A stretch of DNA of 13,120 nucleotides. Source: Candidatus Wukongarchaeum yapensis (GTDB taxonomy: Archaea > Asgardarchaeota > Wukongarchaeia > Wukongarchaeales > Wukongarchaeaceae). The notes under the pieces are model-generated. The model was not told the origin of the DNA and did no database searches. It saw only the letters and a list, made by a program, of their open reading frames with translations. A program made the translations under genes and the position numbers. Shown piece by piece: positions 8,174 through 13,120 of the stretch. The DNA is taken from contig JAEOSI010000038.1 of assembly GCA_016840425.1 (NCBI GenBank), positions 1 to 13,120 of the forward strand, written 5' to 3'. Positions within the stretch are counted from its first letter, which is position 1. The number at the start of each line of letters is the position of its first letter.

Positions 8174-8977
8174 ATGAGAAGAATATTGAAAGACACATCT
8201 TCAGAATCAGTTATTTTAGCTATTGAAAAAAATCTTCATGATTTTTATATTAAATCTTCTGCACATCCCAATTTCACTTCAAATATAGATGATAAAATAA
8301 GCTGGGTTTTGGCTAAACATGCCAATTGGCCTAGTGTTATATTTCGAGCAAATTTTGAAAAACTTGACGTAGAATTTGAAATAAAAAATGTAATAAAATT
8401 AGTTCGAGAAGGAAATGCGCCCAATGCTTGGACAATCGGACCAATGACGCGACCTAAAGATTTGGGTAGTATTCTTGAAAAGAATGGGTTTTTAGAAGTT
8501 TATTACCAGTCTGGGATGGCTGTAGATTTAAAAAATCTAAAAAATCAAACAACAGATATAGATAACTTTACTGTTAAAATTGTTGATAACGAAGAATCTC
8601 TTAAACAATGGAGCAGGAATGTTTCATTAGTTTTTAACCTAGAAGTAGATTTTGAACTGCTCAATTGCTTGCTTTTAGAGGGCGAACCTAGATTTTACAT
8701 AGGTATTTCTGATGGAAAAACTGTTTCAACTTTAATGTTATATCTTTCTTCGGAAGTCGCAGGTGTTCATACCGTAACAACCTTGCCTGAATATAGAAAT
8801 AGAGGATTTGCTTTTGCCATAAGCAGAGCAGCGTTAATTGATGCGTATAAATCGGGCTACAGAGTTGGAGTACTTCAGGCATCGGAAATGGGTGAAAGAG
8901 TATATCGGAAATTAGGATTTGAAAAATATTTCGATATAATTTCACATGCTTTGAATGAAAATATATGGAACAAATAA
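8174..8977 (+). CDS. GNAT-family N-acetyltransferase (C-terminal GNAT domain)
   Basis: Acetyl-CoA binding motif V.TLPEYRNRGFA..I and LQAS.MG..VYRKLGF. Start likely ATG 8174 (GTG 8165 possible). Substrate unknown. Confidence 0.88.
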   Translation: MRRILKDTSSESVILAIEKNLHDFYIKSSAHPNFTSNIDDKISWVLAKHANWPSVIFRANFEKLDVEFEIKNVIKLVREGNAPNAWTIGPMTRPKDLGSILEKNGFLEVYYQSGMAVDLKNLKNQTTDIDNFTVKIVDNEESLKQWSRNVSLVFNLEVDFELLNCLLLEGEPRFYIGISDGKTVSTLMLYLSSEVAGVHTVTTLPEYRNRGFAFAISRAALIDAYKSGYRVGVLQASEMGERVYRKLGFEKYFDIISHALNENIWNK

Positions 8978-8994
8978 TCCCGTTTAAACCGGGA
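8978..8994. terminator. Short GC hairpin between convergent GNAT and PHP genes
   Basis: TCCCG-TTTAAAC-CGGGA immediately after the GNAT stop; only a 5-bp stem. Confidence 0.25.
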
Positions 8995-9017
8995 ATTTTA
9001 CTCTACTTACCGTTTTT

Positions 9018-9623
9018 TCAATGTTTTTTAAGAAACTTTATCGGCTTGCACTGATTTTCTTTGATTGCAGAGACTAAATCTTCTTCATCCTCAATCTCTT
9101 TTTCAAAGCTTGTAGCAAAAGTTCCAATCCTATCTTTTGTATGGGCGTCGCTCCCACCTGTTGCTGCTATTTTCAAAATCTTTGCAGCAGTTTTCGCCTT
9201 AAAATTTTCATCAGGAGTACAGTTTGGGTTTAAAACCTCAATACCGTCAAGTTTCACTTCATAAACCAAGTCACCTAAACCTATGAGGGGTCTAAAAGGG
9301 TGAGCAGCCACAACTACGCCCTCCCGTTCATGTATAAAATCTAAAATCTCAACTATAGGCAAATAGATAGGAATTTCTTCCTCCACGCCAAAAACCAAAA
9401 CCTGTCCCTCTCTCGTGTCAACCTCCATCCCTAAAAAAACCTTGATATCATAAGCTTCTTGGAGTTTAAGCGCTTCTCTACCGCCACTAAAAGTGTTATG
9501 ATCAGTAACACAAATCCCATCCAAACCAACAGCAGAAGCTTTAGAAAGCAATTCAGGAACCCTCAAACGAGAACAACGAGAAGCAGGAAAAGTATGAGCA
9601 TGCATATCAACAACAAACCCCAT
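9018..9623 (-). CDS. PHP-domain metal-dependent phosphoesterase (stand-alone)
   Basis: Metal-ligand motifs DMHAHT, TDHN, GMEV, AHPFR, GIEVLN, GGSDAH; GGAAGGTG upstream of the ATG. Confidence 0.92.
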   Translation of the reverse strand: MGFVVDMHAHTFPASRCSRLRVPELLSKASAVGLDGICVTDHNTFSGGREALKLQEAYDIKVFLGMEVDTREGQVLVFGVEEEIPIYLPIVEILDFIHEREGVVVAAHPFRPLIGLGDLVYEVKLDGIEVLNPNCTPDENFKAKTAAKILKIAATGGSDAHTKDRIGTFATSFEKEIEDEEDLVSAIKENQCKPIKFLKKH

Positions 9624-9696
9624 CTAAAAAACACCTTCCAAAAATAAAGAATGGTCAAAATTAAAAAATAATTCGATTAACAAAAAATGTTAGAAA

Positions 9697-9733
9697 CTAA
9701 AAAAAAACAAAAAATAAAAAGAAGAGGGGAAAA
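9697..9733 (-). terminator. Oligo-T tract downstream of the flavoprotein gene (archaeal-type terminator candidate)
   Basis: Minus strand reads TTTTCCCCTCTTCTTTTTATTTTTTGTTTTTTTTTAG about 50-85 nt after the stop at 9781. Confidence 0.35.
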
Positions 9734-9780
9734 CTAAAGTTTTTAACCTAAAGAATCCGCTTAAAGTGTCTCCTGTTTTT

Positions 9781-10947
9781 TTAGAACCAGTGTCTCAGCC
9801 AGTATTTCTCAAACATAACTTTCCCTAAATGCCACATTCTACTGACACGCGGTCTCTTGGTCTTTACAACAGGCTCAGGTTTGAAAAATTCAGCTGTTAC
9901 AAAAATTCCTTTTCCTCCGCCAGCTTCGATGACAAACATTCCTTTCCCGTCGAATTTTTTCTTAGATTCTTTGCCTTTTATTTCCGCCACCATATCCTCT
10001 ACAGCTGCTTCAGATTGTCTATGGGCAAAAATCCCTGCCTTCGGCAAAAACCCGCCTGCAGGAAGCTCTATATAGTTCGAGTCCCCCACGGCGTAAACAT
10101 TTTCATATTTTTCCGTTTTCAAGATTTCATTGTCTACAGGTACCCAGCCCGTTTCATCAGTCAACCCTGCTTTTTCAATCACTTCAGGACATTGATGGGG
10201 AGGTATTAAGATGAGGAGATCAAACTCTTCCTTCTCCCCATTTTTAAAAACAATCTCTTTCTCCTCAAGCTTCACAGAATCCACATAGGCATTTGGAGTA
10301 AAACCGATGTCCCGTTTTTCGAAAAGTTTTTCTGTAACAGGTGCCACTAACGGCGCAGGTTCTGGAATGAACAAGTGTACGGAGACTTTATCCCTCAACT
10401 TTCTCTTCCTGAAGAAATGTTCTGAAACAAATGTTGCTTCATACGGAGCTACAGCGCCCTTATAAGGCAGACCTGAAACCAAAACAACAACTTTTCCACT
10501 ATCAAAACTTTTTAAACCGTCCCTTAACCTTACAACTTCCATTACATTGTAAAAATTATAAACACCATCAGACACTTCGCTTAAATCTTTTGAACCTGCC
10601 ACCTTTTCAGGCACTAAATCTGCCCCAAGAGCAATAACAAGGTAATCATAAGAAAGATCATCGCCCTCCTTTAATTTTACAACGCCACCTTTAGGATCTA
10701 TATTTGTTACCTCGGTTTTTAAAAACTCTATACCTTTTTTCTCTAAGCGACTTAAATCTCTGGAAATATCTGAAGGTTCCCTATCACCTATCATTACCCA
10801 CGGAATCGATGGATAAAAAATGTGTTCAGAACGCCGATTAACCAAAAAAACCTTGTGTTCTTTCCCCAACTTCTTGCGCAACTTGCTAGCAGCCACAACT
10901 CCCCCAACTCCGCCTCCGAGAACAACAATACTCTTACTCTCATCCAT
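9781..10947 (-). CDS. NAD(P)/FAD-dependent oxidoreductase of the sulfide:quinone oxidoreductase (type III-like)/FCSD family, lacking catalytic cysteines
   Basis: GGGVGG FAD motif, YDYLVIALGA, APYE, LIPPH, YAVGD, LPKAGIFAH.Q and C-terminal GKVMFEKYWL helix match type III SQR-like proteins. Start set to ATG 10947 (GAGGT upstream). Confidence 0.85.
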   Translation of the reverse strand: MDESKSIVVLGGGVGGVVAASKLRKKLGKEHKVFLVNRRSEHIFYPSIPWVMIGDREPSDISRDLSRLEKKGIEFLKTEVTNIDPKGGVVKLKEGDDLSYDYLVIALGADLVPEKVAGSKDLSEVSDGVYNFYNVMEVVRLRDGLKSFDSGKVVVLVSGLPYKGAVAPYEATFVSEHFFRKRKLRDKVSVHLFIPEPAPLVAPVTEKLFEKRDIGFTPNAYVDSVKLEEKEIVFKNGEKEEFDLLILIPPHQCPEVIEKAGLTDETGWVPVDNEILKTEKYENVYAVGDSNYIELPAGGFLPKAGIFAHRQSEAAVEDMVAEIKGKESKKKFDGKGMFVIEAGGGKGIFVTAEFFKPEPVVKTKRPRVSRMWHLGKVMFEKYWLRHWF

Positions 10948-11000
10948 TTTAACAAACCTCACGAATCAACCAAATAAAAACTAAAACAAGAGAACATATC

Positions 11001-11079
11001 TTTTTCGCAAAAACGATGCAAATTCGATTGTTGAAAAAACAATAAATAAAAAATATTAAAACGTTTTTTTTCGCAAAAA
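11001..11079. promoter_or_regulatory. Two copies of quasi-palindrome TTTTTCGCAAAAA in the divergent intergenic region
   Basis: Exact 13-mer at 11001-11013 and 11067-11079; function (operator versus BRE) unknown. Confidence 0.4.
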
Positions 11080-11223
11080 GTAGATAAAATCCAAAAATTT
11101 ATAAAAAATCGTTAATAAAACTTTCATTTGTTTTGTTTTTAAAAAAGTAAATAATCATGCTTCTAACCAAGTAAAGTTCCAGTTTATCTAGTTTAAGATT
11201 TTTCTTTGAGAGGTTTTGAAAAA

Positions 11224-11550
11224 ATGAAAATAGAACTTTTATATTTTGAAGGATGTCCAACACATGAACAAGCAGAGAAGATTTTGAGAGAAGTATTAGA
11301 AGAGGAGGGCATAGATGTCGAAATTGAATTAATCTTGGTTGAAGACGAAGGAAAAGCAGAAGAACTCAAGTTTGTTGGATCTCCTACTATCAAGATTAAC
11401 GGTAAGGATGTGGATCCAAAAGCAGGGCAAAGAAAAGATTACGGCTTGACTTGTCGAATGTATTTAACGGACGAAGGTGCTAAAGGCTGGCCCTCTAAAA
11501 ACATGATAAAAAAAGCTTTAGAAGAAACAAAAATAACTACTTTAAAATAG
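11224..11550 (+). CDS. Small thioredoxin-fold protein (CPxH motif, F.GSPTI.ING.DV, distal CR.Y)
   Basis: MKIELLYFEGCPTH...FVGSPTIKINGKDV...GLTCRMY...GWP; cis-Pro-like GSPT of the thioredoxin fold. Resembles small proteins commonly annotated as thioredoxin-like / alkylmercury-lyase-associated (from memory, unverified). Start ATG 11224 (GAGGT at 11208-11212). Confidence 0.8.
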   Translation: MKIELLYFEGCPTHEQAEKILREVLEEEGIDVEIELILVEDEGKAEELKFVGSPTIKINGKDVDPKAGQRKDYGLTCRMYLTDEGAKGWPSKNMIKKALEETKITTLK

Positions 11551-11606
11551 TCTTACAAACTTTTACAAATTAACTCCTTTCGCAAATATTTTTAAATTTA
11601 GTGAAA

Positions 11607-11622
11607 CGAAAGTTTTTTTAAA
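11607..11622 (+). promoter_or_regulatory. Candidate BRE-TATA for the methyltransferase/ATP-grasp gene
   Basis: CGAAAG followed by TTTTTTTAAA, about 45 nt before ATG 11666. Confidence 0.4.
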
Positions 11623-11665
11623 CCCAAAGCAAAAATATCAGAAAAAAATTAAAGACTGAAGCCCC

Positions 11666-13120
11666 ATGTCTAAGAAAATGTCTCGCAAAAAGCCTCGAGC
11701 AAGCAGGGGAAAGGGCGAACAAAAAAGAAAAATATTGGGCCCGGTATCAGATCTTGAAGCTCATGTTAGTTCCGATTGGTGGCGCCGTATTTTTAACGCT
11801 ATCTATCTGAAAACAGATTCAGATGTGGTAGATGATCAGAACATCACTAAACGAGAAGTTGACTTATTCTCAGAGATTCTCAAGTTATCTCCTGAAGATA
11901 GAATTTTAGATCTATGCTGTGGTCAGGGACGTCATTCTCTTGAACTTGCAAAAAGAGATTTTCAAAATGTTGATGGTTTAGATCGTTCACACTATCTGAT
12001 CCAAAAGGCGAAATCCATAGCTAAAAAAGAAGGGTTAAACGTTAAATTCAGAGAAGGGGATGCAAGAAAACTTCCATACCCCTCAGACACTTTTGATGAT
12101 GTTATGATCCTTGGAAATAGTTTTGGTTATTTTGAAACAATCGAGAATGATATGAGAGTTCTAAAAGAGGTTTTCAGAGTTCTAAAGCCTTGGGGTCTCC
12201 TCCTTCTCGATGTTTCTGACGGGAAATACTTGAGAGAAAATTTTCAGCCAAGGTCTTGGGAATGGATAGACAAAAATCATTTTGTCTGCAGGGAACGTTC
12301 CCTTTCACTGGACAAGCAAAGGCTAATCTCAAGAGAGATCGTTAATCACGTCGAAAAAGGCGTTATCGTGGATCAATTTTATGCAGAAAGACTCTACAAC
12401 CGCGAAAGTTTGACCGAACTTCTGAAAGAAGCAGGTTTCAGCGATATCACAATCCATGGCTCTATATCATCTGACTCACAGAGAGCTCAGGATTTGGGAA
12501 TGATGGAGAGAAGGATCCTTCTAACAGCAGCAGTCAGAAAAGAATGGACTCGCGTTAAAAGGAAAAAAAAGTTAAAGAACATAGTTGTCATCTTAGGCGA
12601 CCCTACAAAACCCGATATCTTAAAACCATTTTGTATCTTTGACGAAGATGATTTTTATACAATTGATCAAATGAAAGGAGCATTAAAAGAAGTAGGTGGC
12701 TATAATTTTACATATCTTACCAATCATGATACTCTCTACCACGATCTATTGAAAATGAGGACAAAAATAGATATCGTCTTTAATCTATGTGATGAGGGTT
12801 ATAACAACATTGCAAGACAGGAGCTCCACGTACCCGCTCTCCTAGAGAGCCTTGGCATTCCTTATACGGGTGCAGGTCCCCAATGTATCGCTTACTGTTA
12901 TGACAAGTCGCTGGTCCGCGGTATTGCAAAAGAAATGGAAATTCCTGTCCCAGAAGCCTTTTTCATAAAGCCTGAAGACACAACGTTTGAACTAACCTTT
13001 AGTTTTCCTGTAATAGTAAAGCCTAATTTTGGCGATTCAAGTTTCGGGATTACGCAAAGAGGTGTAGTAAACAGTATTGAAGAGCTTGTAAATGCCATTT
13101 CAGAAATACGGGAGAAATTT
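11666..13120 (+). CDS. Class I SAM-methyltransferase fused to a D-Ala-D-Ala-ligase-like ATP-grasp domain (3'-truncated by the window)
   Basis: Manually translated, 485 codons with no stop. N-terminal: ILDLCCGQGRH (motif I), GLDRS, EGDARKLPY, GNSFGYF, VLKPWG. After about 12570: LLESLGIPYTGAG...CYDK, IPVP, FPVIVKPNFGDSSFGI (Ddl-type). Start ATG 11666 or 11678. Confidence 0.9.
   Translation, partial: MSKKMSRKKPRASRGKGEQKRKILGPVSDLEAHVSSDWWRRIFNAIYLKTDSDVVDDQNITKREVDLFSEILKLSPEDRILDLCCGQGRHSLELAKRDFQNVDGLDRSHYLIQKAKSIAKKEGLNVKFREGDARKLPYPSDTFDDVMILGNSFGYFETIENDMRVLKEVFRVLKPWGLLLLDVSDGKYLRENFQPRSWEWIDKNHFVCRERSLSLDKQRLISREIVNHVEKGVIVDQFYAERLYNRESLTELLKEAGFSDITIHGSISSDSQRAQDLGMMERRILLTAAVRKEWTRVKRKKKLKNIVVILGDPTKPDILKPFCIFDEDDFYTIDQMKGALKEVGGYNFTYLTNHDTLYHDLLKMRTKIDIVFNLCDEGYNNIARQELHVPALLESLGIPYTGAGPQCIAYCYDKSLVRGIAKEMEIPVPEAFFIKPEDTTFELTFSFPVIVKPNFGDSSFGITQRGVVNSIEELVNAISEIREKF

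Noticed and set aside
998-13098. Short overlapping ORFs in the track (e.g. 1512-1961, 2094-2414, 2596-2850, 4974-5372, 6099-6320, 7644-8027, 8688-8945, 9829-10209, 11193-11393, 12898-13098)
   Set aside because: All are antisense shadows of well-supported genes, with no recognisable motifs; 4974-5372 only mirrors the 30-bp repeat.
12570-13120. True D-alanine-D-alanine ligase (ddl) for peptidoglycan synthesis
   Set aside because: Archaeal context, methyltransferase fusion and absence of the Ddl HGxxGEDG motif.

Overview
Archaeal chromosomal window (archaeal-type uS15, eS1/S3Ae, KEOPS Pcc1, archaeal GlmU and YchF; lineage cannot be fixed from this window alone). The left half is the conserved rps15 - RecJ/GAN - pcc1 - rps3ae neighbourhood, here interrupted by a membrane-anchored protein with seven ~52-56 aa repeats (probable beta-propeller), followed by glmU and a convergent ychF. 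The right half is more accessory: an AT-rich GNAT acetyltransferase, a PHP metallohydrolase, an SQR/FCSD-family flavoprotein that lacks both canonical catalytic cysteines, a divergent small thioredoxin-fold protein, and a SAM-methyltransferase / Ddl-like ATP-grasp fusion that runs off the window edge and is missing from the ORF track. Best leads: the Cys-less SQR homologue and its neighbour, the methyltransferase-ligase fusion, the propeller insertion, and a within-gene gradient of third-codon bases (G/T-rich 5' ends, A/C-rich 3' ends) that follows gene direction on both strands. No CRISPR array, transposase, integrase, tRNA or rRNA was recognised.
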